A DNA stretch of 64,000 bases from Candidatus Dormibacteria bacterium (GTDB lineage Bacteria > Chloroflexota > Dormibacteria > Aeolococcales > Aeolococcaceae). Positions within the stretch are counted from its first letter, which is position 1. Each line of letters begins with the position of its first letter. Shown piece by piece: positions 51,331 through 59,726 of the stretch. The notes beneath the pieces were generated by a model. That model saw only the letters and a list, made by a program, of their open reading frames with translations, did not search any database and was not told the origin of the DNA. A program made the position numbers and the translations under genes. Where the stretch lies: contig JBPCLW010000042.1 of the NCBI GenBank assembly GCA_051002895.1, positions 120,927-184,926 on the forward strand. The letters are read 5' to 3'.

Positions 51331-52911
51331 TCAGCGGGCGGCGCTGACGGGGGATGCGACGGGGCGCGCCTCGGCCGACACCTCGTGATAGTCCTCCTCG
51401 ACGTTGACATCCCAGACGTCGTGGTGCGTGCCCTCAAGAATGTTCTGCACCGTCAGCTGGGCGGTGAACATCGAGTGGTCCTGGTTGTTGTAGCGGAACA
51501 TCCCATTGCGCCCCACCGGATGCAGATTCGGCGTATTCGCCGCGATCCAGTGGCGCATGGTTTCGATATTGCGCTTGTAGGATGCGTCGTAATACGGGTA
51601 CGCCTTGGGCATGCGGACAACAAACCCACGCTCGACCTGCGCGGACTTCACCAGCCCCAGTTCGCGAAGTTCCCGCTTCGCCTGGACGATGAGATCCTCG
51701 TCCGAACGATTCCACGTGGCATCGCCGACGGTCACGAAGTACTCCAGCCCCAGGCAAGTCTTTCCCTCTTTCACGAGATACGGTGACCAGGAGCCGAAGT
51801 TTTGGATGCGACCCACCTCCACCTCGGGCGAGTGCACGTAGATCCAGTTGTCAGGAAACCCGGCGCTCTCGGGGACGACGAGGGCGACGGTGAGGAAGTC
51901 CCGATACTTCAGCGCGTGCGCCGCCGCCAGCACCTCGGACGGAGGCGGAGGGTCGAGCGAGCTGACCAGCGACGAGAACGGCATCGAGGAGATGAATTCA
52001 TCGCCTGTGTGAAGATGCTCGCTACCGATGTCAGTGCGCGTGCCGTGGGGAGCACCGGCACCGGGACCGTAACCGCCCGTCACCACCGTGGTGACGCTGG
52101 TGACGCCCTTGCCCTGCTCCCAGTGGAGAGTTCGGACCTTCTCTTCGAGAATGATCCTGCCCGTACCCTCGGTGATCTTGCGAGCGGCCGCCTCCCACAT
52201 CATTCCTGGGCCGTACTTGGGGTACTGGAACTCCTCGATGAGGGAGGTGATCTGTTTCCCCGTCCGCTTCGGCCTGATCGCGTTGGTGATGGCTGAGAGG
52301 AGGGAGAGATCCTTGATGCGCTGCGCCGCCCAATCGGCCTCCAACTCGCTGCCGGGGACGCCCCACAACTTCTGGGTGTAGTTCCTGAAGAAGTGGTTGT
52401 AGAGCCGCCATCCGAACCGGGCGGCCACCCAGCCCTCAAACTTGGTCTGATCCTTGGGAGGATGGACCCGCGCCCACATGTACGACAGCACGCAGCGGAT
52501 GGCTTCGATGACGCCGAGATTCTTGAGCGCGTTCGAGGCCTTGAGAGGGTAGTCGTACAGCTTGCCGTTGTAGAAGATGCGGCTCATCCGCGGTCGCATC
52601 AGAAAGTCCTCGTCGGGCAGGATCTCATGCCAGAGCGCCTCCACCTCGGGCACCTTGGTGAAGAACCGGTGACCACCGATGTCGAAGCGCCACCCCTCCC
52701 GCTCAGCCGTGCGGCTGATGCCTCCCACAATGGCATCACCCTCCAGCACGGTGCAGGGAACGCCTGCCTGGGAGAGTTTGTAGGCGGCCGTCAGGCCGGC
52801 GGGTCCGGCTCCGATCACCACGACCTTCGGCGGCGACCCCGGGGTTCTGGGTGTGGCCGGACGGGAAGCCTTCGCCGCCTCGTCTCTTGCCCGCGCACTG
52901 CCCCCCACGAC
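51331..52911 (-). CDS. UDP-galactopyranose mutase-family FAD flavoenzyme (long form, ~520 aa)
   Basis: VVVIGAGPAGL Rossmann motif; IVGGISRTAEREGWRFDIGGHRFFT aligns with UGM HIGGNAY...GAHLFHT; YTQKLWG and AYPYYD blocks. Start uncertain; the Ser/Pro-rich N-terminus of the listed ORF is probably spurious. Confidence 0.7.
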   Translation of the reverse strand, partial: VVGGSARARDEAAKASRPATPRTPGSPPKVVVIGAGPAGLTAAYKLSQAGVPCTVLEGDAIVGGISRTAEREGWRFDIGGHRFFTKVPEVEALWHEILPDEDFLMRPRMSRIFYNGKLYDYPLKASNALKNLGVIEAIRCVLSYMWARVHPPKDQTKFEGWVAARFGWRLYNHFFRNYTQKLWGVPGSELEADWAAQRIKDLSLLSAITNAIRPKRTGKQITSLIEEFQYPKYGPGMMWEAAARKITEGTGRIILEEKVRTLHWEQGKGVTSVTTVVTGGYGPGAGAPHGTRTDIGSEHLHTGDEFISSMPFSSLVSSLDPPPPSEVLAAAHALKYRDFLTVALVVPESAGFPDNWIYVHSPEVEVGRIQNFGSWSPYLVKEGKTCLGLEYFVTVGDATWNRSDEDLIVQAKRELRELGLVKSAQVERGFVVRMPKAYPYYDASYKRNIETMRHWIAANTPNLHPVGRNGMFRYNNQDHSMFTAQLTVQNILEGTHHDVWDVNVEEDYHEVSAEARPVASPVSAAR

Positions 52912-53029
52912 TCCGAAGTATAGAGTCCCAGGCTTCGACGGCGTGGACGACCGACAGGACGGGGATGTGAGAGAGGCGATCAACGCCCCTGCCGGCAGGG
53001 CTGTGCGGCTCGGCCAGGTGACCGCCGTG

Positions 53030-54559
53030 ATGGCGCTCAGCTTCCTGCTTCGCTTGGGTCTCGGCCTCCTACAGCCGCCGGAGGCGGATGAGGCAACGCT
53101 CGGAGTTGCCGCGCTGAGGCTGCTCCATGGCCACCTCATAACGATGGAGAGCAACGCTCACTACCTGGGGGCGGCCGGGGTGTACATCGTCGCCCCCTTT
53201 GTCGCCGTCTTGGGTCCCACCACGCTGGCCCTGCGGCTGCCGATGAGCCTCCTGGGCGCTGTCACGGTGCTCCTGATGTACGCACTGGGGCGGTCACTGT
53301 GGGGGCGACATGTTGACGGGCTGGCCGCCGCAGGGCTAGCCGCAGTCTTCCCCCTCTTCGCGGTGCTGTTCACCGTTCGCTCGCAGTGGGCCTACGGCGA
53401 AGTGGTACCGCTCGAGGCCGCCCTGCTGCTGCTGACTGTGCGAATAGGTTGGCGGGGCCGTCGAAAGGCGCGCGACTGGTGCCTGCTGGGGCTAATCGGA
53501 GGCGTCGCGCTGTGGACCACGCCGCTGCTCGCAGTGGTGATCATTCCCTGCGCAGCGGCGCTGGTGCTCCGTGGACCGGTCATGGGGTGGCGTTCGCTCG
53601 GCCGAGGGGCGGCTCTTGCACTGGTCGGAGCGGTCGTCGGCCTGCCCCCCTGGCTGGCGTACAACGCCAGTCACCAGTGGGGCAGCCTCACCGGGATACC
53701 CCGCCAGCGAACCGGGATCCGTCACGCCGTCCACGAGGTCCTGGTCTCAGCGTTGCCCATCTTTGCGGGCAGCCAGCGCAGTTGCGCCCCCGTCCGGACA
53801 ATCCCGCCGGAGCTCGCTGCCGGCCTGGTGCTGCTCCTTCTCATGGGGGCAGCGCTGACCCGCCGCGAAGCGCTATGGGGTGCCTTGCACGGCCGGTGGG
53901 GGGCACTGGAGCCGGTGGACCTCATTCTCATCATTGCCCCCATCTCCATCGCGAGCGTCACCATCGGGAGCTTCAACGCTGTGTCCTGCGAGCCCCGCTA
54001 TCTGCTGCCGCTGACCGCCCCTCTTGTCGTCAGCGGGGTCGTCGCGCTGCGCCATTGGCGGGGTGTGACCATCGTCATGCTGGCGGCGTGGCTGATGGTC
54101 GAGACGGTGACAACGGTCCGAACGCCTCGCCTCGATAACGTCACGGTCGCGGGACCCGTCGTCCCCGCCGATGTGGCCTCTCTGGTTCCGGCATTGGAGG
54201 AACAGCGTCTCCAGGCCATTTACGCTGACTACTGGCTGTCACGGCCGCTGTTGTTCGCCAGCAGCGAGCGGTTACCAATGGCCGAGTACAACGGCTACGT
54301 GGGCTTTCCCGGGCTGCAACGTGCTGCCGACGAGGCCAAGCATCCCAGCTGGTTGTTCGTGCAGGGATCTCCAGACATCGCGCGGCTGGAACAGGCCTGT
54401 CGGAACCGTGGCATCACGTTTCGGCGCGTGCAACTCGGCTCCTTGGTGCTCGACGCCGACCTCTCCGCGCCACTGCGTCCTGCCGATCTCGGAGTATCCG
54501 TGGACCCGAGCAAACTGCCTCTCGTGCCCCGGACCGAGGATGACGGGGGGCAGCCATGA
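53030..54559 (+). CDS. polytopic membrane protein, putative GT-C-fold (PMT/ArnT-like) glycosyltransferase
   Basis: EADEATLGVAALRL Asp-Glu loop motif after TM1; more than 10 TM helices; C-terminal soluble domain. Confidence 0.6.
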   Translation: MALSFLLRLGLGLLQPPEADEATLGVAALRLLHGHLITMESNAHYLGAAGVYIVAPFVAVLGPTTLALRLPMSLLGAVTVLLMYALGRSLWGRHVDGLAAAGLAAVFPLFAVLFTVRSQWAYGEVVPLEAALLLLTVRIGWRGRRKARDWCLLGLIGGVALWTTPLLAVVIIPCAAALVLRGPVMGWRSLGRGAALALVGAVVGLPPWLAYNASHQWGSLTGIPRQRTGIRHAVHEVLVSALPIFAGSQRSCAPVRTIPPELAAGLVLLLLMGAALTRREALWGALHGRWGALEPVDLILIIAPISIASVTIGSFNAVSCEPRYLLPLTAPLVVSGVVALRHWRGVTIVMLAAWLMVETVTTVRTPRLDNVTVAGPVVPADVASLVPALEEQRLQAIYADYWLSRPLLFASSERLPMAEYNGYVGFPGLQRAADEAKHPSWLFVQGSPDIARLEQACRNRGITFRRVQLGSLVLDADLSAPLRPADLGVSVDPSKLPLVPRTEDDGGQP

Positions 54560-54599
54560 CCCGTTGCTCCCGATCAGCGCGGGCGCGCGCCGCACCGGC

Positions 54600-55157
54600 T
54601 CAACCCTGGGGATACTCGGGTGGTGGAGGTGCCCCAATACCGATGATGTCAATACTCGTGAGAATGTCGCAAAATCGTTCCTTGAAACGCGGCGCATGCA
54701 GCGAGTCGCTCCACATGATCACGGCATCCTCGCCGTTGTCCGTGTAATAGCCTCGACGCTGGCCGATGGCTCGGAAACCAAAACGTTCATACAGTCGAAT
54801 CGCCAACGCATTGGTCGCCCGCACCTCGAGGGTGATCCAGCGCGCCCCGAGTTCGTAGCTGCGCTGCAATAGGGCCGCAAACAGCACGGTGCCGTAGCCC
54901 TGGCGCTGGGAGTGAGGGCGCACCCCAATCGTGGTGATGTGGGCCTCGTGAACGACCTTCCAGAGCCCCGCGTAGCCGATGAGCTCCTCGCCATCTCGCA
55001 GAACGATGTAGTGAGCCTGGCGGTTCTGAGAGAGCTCGGCGGCGTAGGCGTTCTTCGGCCAAGGGGAGATGAAGATCTCACGTTCGATGTGCTGCACCAC
55101 GGGGATGTCCGAGTGGCGCATGTGCTCGATGGCGAGACGCGGCGCGACCTGCATCAC
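54600..55157 (-). CDS. rimI: ribosomal-protein-alanine N-acetyltransferase (GNAT)
   Basis: GNAT motifs RQGYGTVL and LEVRATNALAIRLYERFGF; located beside tsaB. Confidence 0.85.
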   Translation of the reverse strand: MMQVAPRLAIEHMRHSDIPVVQHIEREIFISPWPKNAYAAELSQNRQAHYIVLRDGEELIGYAGLWKVVHEAHITTIGVRPHSQRQGYGTVLFAALLQRSYELGARWITLEVRATNALAIRLYERFGFRAIGQRRGYYTDNGEDAVIMWSDSLHAPRFKERFCDILTSIDIIGIGAPPPPEYPQG

Positions 55158-55193
55158 CCCGATGATACGGGACCCTCAGCGCAGTTCCCATGA

Positions 55194-55748
55194 TCAGTCG
55201 ACGTAGTTGGCAACGATGCCGGCCAGATCCAGGGCCGGGGAGGTGAGCGCGCCGGGAACGATCGCCGCCAGCCCCGCGGCGTGAGCATGCCCCGCAACAT
55301 CCTCGAGCCGAGCACACGGGATGGGTGGCGCCTGATCACCGGCCAGCCGGCGGAGCGGCGAAATCGGCGCCCACTCGTGGCCAGACCTTGCATATTCCCT
55401 CAGGTACCGTCCCCCGCGGCCCGCGTCGAGCGACGCCATACCCGGTGTCTCGAGGGCCGCCGCCGCGACAACGACGTCAAGGCTGCACACGCCGTGCAGG
55501 GGGACGCCGGTGGCTTGAGCAACCCCAACCGCCGCGGCCAGCCCAGCACGCAGCCCGGTGAAACTGCCAGGACCAACGACGCAGACGACAGCGTCGACAT
55601 CACTGGCCGCCGCCTCGCGCATGGCGATGGCGAGGAGCTCGACGGCGGCGCCATTCCGACATCCGCCGGAAAGCATCCCGCCCCGCCTATCGGCAACGAC
55701 CACGACGACCCGTCCCCGCGAGGCGGTGTCGATCGCGAGGACGCTCAT
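55194..55748 (-). CDS. tsaB: tRNA threonylcarbamoyladenosine biosynthesis protein TsaB
   Basis: LAIDTAS...VVCVVGPGSFTGLR YeaZ-family blocks. Confidence 0.85.
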   Translation of the reverse strand: MSVLAIDTASRGRVVVVVADRRGGMLSGGCRNGAAVELLAIAMREAAASDVDAVVCVVGPGSFTGLRAGLAAAVGVAQATGVPLHGVCSLDVVVAAAALETPGMASLDAGRGGRYLREYARSGHEWAPISPLRRLAGDQAPPIPCARLEDVAGHAHAAGLAAIVPGALTSPALDLAGIVANYVD

Positions 55749-56197
55749 GGCGCGATCACGGTCCGGGTCAGCCGCGCAGCGAGGCGAGGATCGACATCAG
55801 CGATCCGCTGGCGCTCTCCGACAATGTCGAGTTCGATCCGCAGGGGACGCCACTCCGAGAGTTCCGCAAGGCTCCCCCACTCCACCGCGAGCGGGGCCTC
55901 GACCAGTAGTGAGTCGATGTCGAGGAACGCGACTGCAGCGCCGGGTCCGAGCCGATAGAGATCGGCGTGATGAAGCAGCGGCGGACGTCCATAGACGTGG
56001 TGGAGCATGAAGGTGGGACTGCGGACCGCAAGCGGGTCGAGACCAAGACCGCGGGCCAGCCCGCGGACCAGGACGGTCTTGCCAGCGCCGAGCGGCCCGT
56101 CGACCGACAGGAGATCGCCGGGTCCTAGCAACGCGCCAATCTCGGCACCGAACGCCTCGGTGGCGGCGACATCGACAAGGCGACGTGTGGCGGTCAT
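55745..56197 (-). CDS. tsaE: tRNA threonylcarbamoyladenosine biosynthesis ATPase TsaE
   Basis: GPLGAGKT P-loop; trimmed to MTATRRL; ATGA overlaps at both ends. Confidence 0.85.
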   Translation of the reverse strand: MTATRRLVDVAATEAFGAEIGALLGPGDLLSVDGPLGAGKTVLVRGLARGLGLDPLAVRSPTFMLHHVYGRPPLLHHADLYRLGPGAAVAFLDIDSLLVEAPLAVEWGSLAELSEWRPLRIELDIVGERQRIADVDPRLAARLTRTVIAP

Positions 56198-57243
56198 GGT
56201 GCGTAGTGACGAGCGAGCGACGGCGGAGGCTCGACCAGGGCACCGCCCTCGCGCTCCAGGAGGCGAACGCCCACCCCCGCAGTGAGTTGCCCAACGATGG
56301 TCAGGGGGGCGAGTTCCTGCGACCAGTAGCGAGTCAGAGCGACGATGGCAGAGGGAGCGACGCCGGCGAGGAGCTCGAAGTCCTCGCCACCGCCGACGGC
56401 CGCCTGCAGCCACTCGTCGGGAAGCGCGGCACGCAACTCCGCGTCCACTGGGAGGGCCTCGACCCAGAGCTCGGCGGCGCAACCGGAGGCGGCCGCCGTC
56501 CGGGTGGCATCGATGAGAAGACCATCGCTGAGGTCGCCGGCACAGGCCACTCCGGCTTCCAGAAATGCTCGTCCCTCGCTGATCCGGGCCTGGGGCGCCA
56601 GCTGGGCCGCAACCCAGGCCGCCCGCGCTTCCTCCGACGCCACCAGCTGCTCACCCTCAAGGAGGCGCAGCCCGGCGGCGGCCCGGCCCACATGGCCGGT
56701 GACGACCAGCACGTCACCGGGACGGCCTCGGTCACGTCGTAGAGAACGACCCGGCTCGACCTCCCCCACCACGGTGACGTCAATGACGATCACAGAGGCG
56801 ACGTCGCTGACGTCGCCGCCGGCAACGGTCATCCCCAGAGCCGCGGCGGCTTCGCAGAGTCCATCCTCGAGGGCGATGACGTCGTCAACCTCGGTCATGG
56901 CCGGCAAGCCCAGGGTGACCAGGCAGAGCCGTGGCCAGGCCCCGGTGGCGGCGAGATCAGAGGCTGCGACATGCACCGCCCGGCGGCCCAGCTGGCGAGG
57001 ACTGATCCACCCGCGCCGAAAGTCCTCACCCTCCACCAAGCAGTCCTGAGTCACCGCCACACAGTGGCCGGGGGTCGGTGCCCAGACGCTCGCGTCGTCG
57101 CCACTCGGCACCTCGAGTGCAACCGGCCGGGACGCTCGCGAGCGACCAACGAGGAGACTGAGCAGGCTCGTCTCGCCGATCGATGTCAGCGTGGCTCCGC
57201 CAGCATCGAAGCGACGGGCAGCAGAGTCGGGCGGCCTGGTCAT
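56194..57243 (-). CDS. thiL: thiamine-monophosphate kinase
   Basis: AIR-synthase-related fold; DDASV...VTQDCLVEGEDF blocks; trimmed to MTRPPD. Confidence 0.8.
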   Translation of the reverse strand: MTRPPDSAARRFDAGGATLTSIGETSLLSLLVGRSRASRPVALEVPSGDDASVWAPTPGHCVAVTQDCLVEGEDFRRGWISPRQLGRRAVHVAASDLAATGAWPRLCLVTLGLPAMTEVDDVIALEDGLCEAAAALGMTVAGGDVSDVASVIVIDVTVVGEVEPGRSLRRDRGRPGDVLVVTGHVGRAAAGLRLLEGEQLVASEEARAAWVAAQLAPQARISEGRAFLEAGVACAGDLSDGLLIDATRTAAASGCAAELWVEALPVDAELRAALPDEWLQAAVGGGEDFELLAGVAPSAIVALTRYWSQELAPLTIVGQLTAGVGVRLLEREGGALVEPPPSLARHYAP

Positions 57244-57422
57244 GTGGTCACTGTAGGAAGGTGAGGGGCGGCTCGGTCGCCGAGCAAACCTGAGTGCAAC
57301 TGTGTCGCCTCGATTTGACCGCCGCGACGTCGGGCCCGTATGGTGGGCCGCTGTGTGACTCATCGGCCTGAGGCGCCGTCTCGCCGAGGCTATCCGATCA
57401 CCGATGTCCTGGAGGACAGATT

Positions 57423-58547
57423 TTGCGGGGGATCCGCCGCGCACTCCTGATCACCTTGGCCGCTGTTGCCGTCCTCGCTGGCATCCCCGCAGGCACAGTC
57501 CCGGCCCAAGCCGACGCCAAGACCGACCAGCTCCGTGCCCACCGCGCCCAGCTCGTGGCGCAGTTCGCTGCGGTTCGATCGGGTCGCACCAGCGCCCACG
57601 ACCAGCTCACCGTGGCTGAGGATGCCTACAACGCGGGGCAGGCGAAGGTCCTCGATGCCCAGCATCAAATCGATCAGTTCAACGTGGACCTGAAGAACCT
57701 TGACGCTGAGGTGAAGGCTGACGAGGCGACCGCGGCGGCGGCGCGCAAGTCGCTGGCCCAGATCACCCGTGTGACCTACGAGACCGCCCAGAACGATTCG
57801 GTCATGACCGCGGTCTTCAGCGCCAAGGACTTCTCGGCCGCGATGGACTCCCTGAACGGGGCCACCCGCGTCACCGCGCAGATTCAGTCGCTGGAGAACA
57901 CGCTGGCCCACAAGCAGGCCGATCTCCAGACGAAGCGACGCCAACTCCAGAGCGACTTCGCCCAGACCACCGCTCTCCAAGAACAGCTGGCCGGCGACGC
58001 CAACAAGCTGATGATCATTGTCAGTCAGCGCAACCAGCTCGCCGCCTCGCTGAACGGACCGGCTCGCGACCTCGCCGCGCAGATCGCCGACATCGACAAC
58101 CAGCTCGCCGGGGGAAGCCTCCCCGCCACGGGCAGCCTCCCTGCCACGGGCAGCGTGCCTGGCTCCAGTGGCTACACGCCCCCACCCGGCGGAGGCTCCT
58201 GCGGCAATCACTTCGGCTACGGCCAGTGCACCTGGTACGTCGCTGGGCGTCGTTGCATCCCCTGGATCGGCAACGCCAAGGATTGGTACTACGCGGCTGC
58301 GAAGTATGGCTACAGCGTCGGACACACCCCGGCCGCGGGAGCCGTGGGGGTGTACTGGCCAGGTCGCGGCGGCGCCGGCTCTGTGGGCCACGTCGTCTAC
58401 GTCGAGGCCGTGGGTCCCGCCGACGGCATCCCTGCGGGATCGTTCCGGCTCTCGGAGATGAATTGGAGCGGATGGAATCGTGTTGACTACCGCGTGGTGG
58501 CCAATGACCCCAACGTGTTCCAGGGCTTCGTCTACGGCCACCCCTGA
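57423..58547 (+). CDS. secreted peptidoglycan hydrolase: signal peptide, coiled-coil, repeat linker, C-terminal CHAP domain
   Basis: N-terminal signal peptide; heptad-rich region (RipA-like); CHAP Cys/His blocks (GYGQCTWYVAGRR...SVGHVVYVE). Confidence 0.8.
   Translation: MRGIRRALLITLAAVAVLAGIPAGTVPAQADAKTDQLRAHRAQLVAQFAAVRSGRTSAHDQLTVAEDAYNAGQAKVLDAQHQIDQFNVDLKNLDAEVKADEATAAAARKSLAQITRVTYETAQNDSVMTAVFSAKDFSAAMDSLNGATRVTAQIQSLENTLAHKQADLQTKRRQLQSDFAQTTALQEQLAGDANKLMIIVSQRNQLAASLNGPARDLAAQIADIDNQLAGGSLPATGSLPATGSVPGSSGYTPPPGGGSCGNHFGYGQCTWYVAGRRCIPWIGNAKDWYYAAAKYGYSVGHTPAAGAVGVYWPGRGGAGSVGHVVYVEAVGPADGIPAGSFRLSEMNWSGWNRVDYRVVANDPNVFQGFVYGHP
58113..58163 (+). repeat. 18-nt tandem repeat (about 2.8 copies) encoding the GSLPATG linker
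   Basis: ggaagcctccccgccacg / ggcagcctccctgccacg / ggcagcgtgcctggc. Confidence 0.7.
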
Positions 58548-58560
58548 GACGGCGCCTCGG

Positions 58561-59661
58561 TCAGACAACGACGCGGGGGACGCGGGCGCTAACAGCGCAG
58601 AGTATCTCGTAGGAGATGGTGCCGATCCTGGCAGCAACCTCGTCGGCACCAAGCTCGGCTGACTCTTGGCGGCCGAAAAGCACCGCCTCGTCGCCGATGC
58701 TCACACCCTCGACATCGCTGATGTCGAGGGTGATCTGGTCCATGCTCACCCGGCCGATGAACGGGACCCGTACGCCCCCGACGAGAGCGACGCCACGATT
58801 CGACTGGGCACGATGGATGCCATCCGCGTAGCCGCAGGCAAGCGTTGCCACCAGAGTGTCGTGCTCAGCCACCCAGGTGCGGCCATAGCCCACGGAATCG
58901 CCGGCCCGCACAGTCTTCGCCAGGGTCACCGAACAGTGCAGTGACATGGCCGGACGCAGGTCAACAATGCCGCCGCACGCGGGGGGCGCGTAGCCGTAGA
59001 TGGCAATGCCGGGACGGACGATGTCGTGATGCATGTGGGGCAAGCGCAGGGTCGCCGCCGAGTTGGCACAGTGGAGAAGGGCGCCGGAACCGACCTGCCG
59101 CAGCGCGGTGGCAGCCTCGAGGAACCGGGCATGCTGGACCTCGGTGAAATCGACATCGGCTCCATCGGCATCGGCGAAATGAGTGAAGAGTCCGCGGAGT
59201 TCCACCGCGTCCCCGCCTCGGCGCAGCGCCTCGACCAGGGCGGGCACGACCTCGCGACGAGCGCCCAGCCGACCCATGCCGCTGTCGAGCTTGATGTGGA
59301 GCAACGCCGGCCGGCCAGCGGCTCGTGCCGTCGCGACGATGTCATCGAGGCAGGCGGGATCGTAGACGGTGAGGTGGACCCCGCGCCGGACGAGCGCCTC
59401 GACCTGGCTGGGAGGCGTCCACCCCACGGTGAGCACCGTCGCCTGCAGACCGGCATCCACGAGTTGAATGGCCTCCTCCGCGGAGGAAACGCCGAGCCAG
59501 GTGGCCCCTCCGGCAAGTGCAGCCTCGCCCGCCGCGATCGCGCCATGCCCATAGCCATTCGCCTTCACCATGGCCATGACCGCGACGTTGGATCCAACAT
59601 GGCGCGTCAGAGCGGCCACGTTCCCGGTGATGGCGCCCCGGTCGATCTCCGCCCACTTCAT
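58561..59661 (-). CDS. alr: alanine racemase
   Basis: VKANGYGHG PLP-Lys motif; trimmed to MKWAEID. Confidence 0.9.
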   Translation of the reverse strand: MKWAEIDRGAITGNVAALTRHVGSNVAVMAMVKANGYGHGAIAAGEAALAGGATWLGVSSAEEAIQLVDAGLQATVLTVGWTPPSQVEALVRRGVHLTVYDPACLDDIVATARAAGRPALLHIKLDSGMGRLGARREVVPALVEALRRGGDAVELRGLFTHFADADGADVDFTEVQHARFLEAATALRQVGSGALLHCANSAATLRLPHMHHDIVRPGIAIYGYAPPACGGIVDLRPAMSLHCSVTLAKTVRAGDSVGYGRTWVAEHDTLVATLACGYADGIHRAQSNRGVALVGGVRVPFIGRVSMDQITLDISDVEGVSIGDEAVLFGRQESAELGADEVAARIGTISYEILCAVSARVPRVVV

Positions 59662-59726
59662 GGGCTCTCCGGGGCCGGGCAGGGCCCGGACCGCCAGGTC
59701 ACCTGTGGATTGCCTAGGCAACACCT

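Noticed and set aside
57244-57422. ydaO-type c-di-AMP riboswitch in the leader of the CHAP-domain hydrolase.
   Set aside because: The conserved GGTGAATC / AGCTAACC core elements were not found in the 180-nt leader.
58113-58163. Short tandem repeat considered as a possible CRISPR or minisatellite locus.
   Set aside because: Only about 2.8 copies of an 18-nt unit, in frame inside a CDS linker. No spacer-repeat architecture and no cas genes anywhere in the window.
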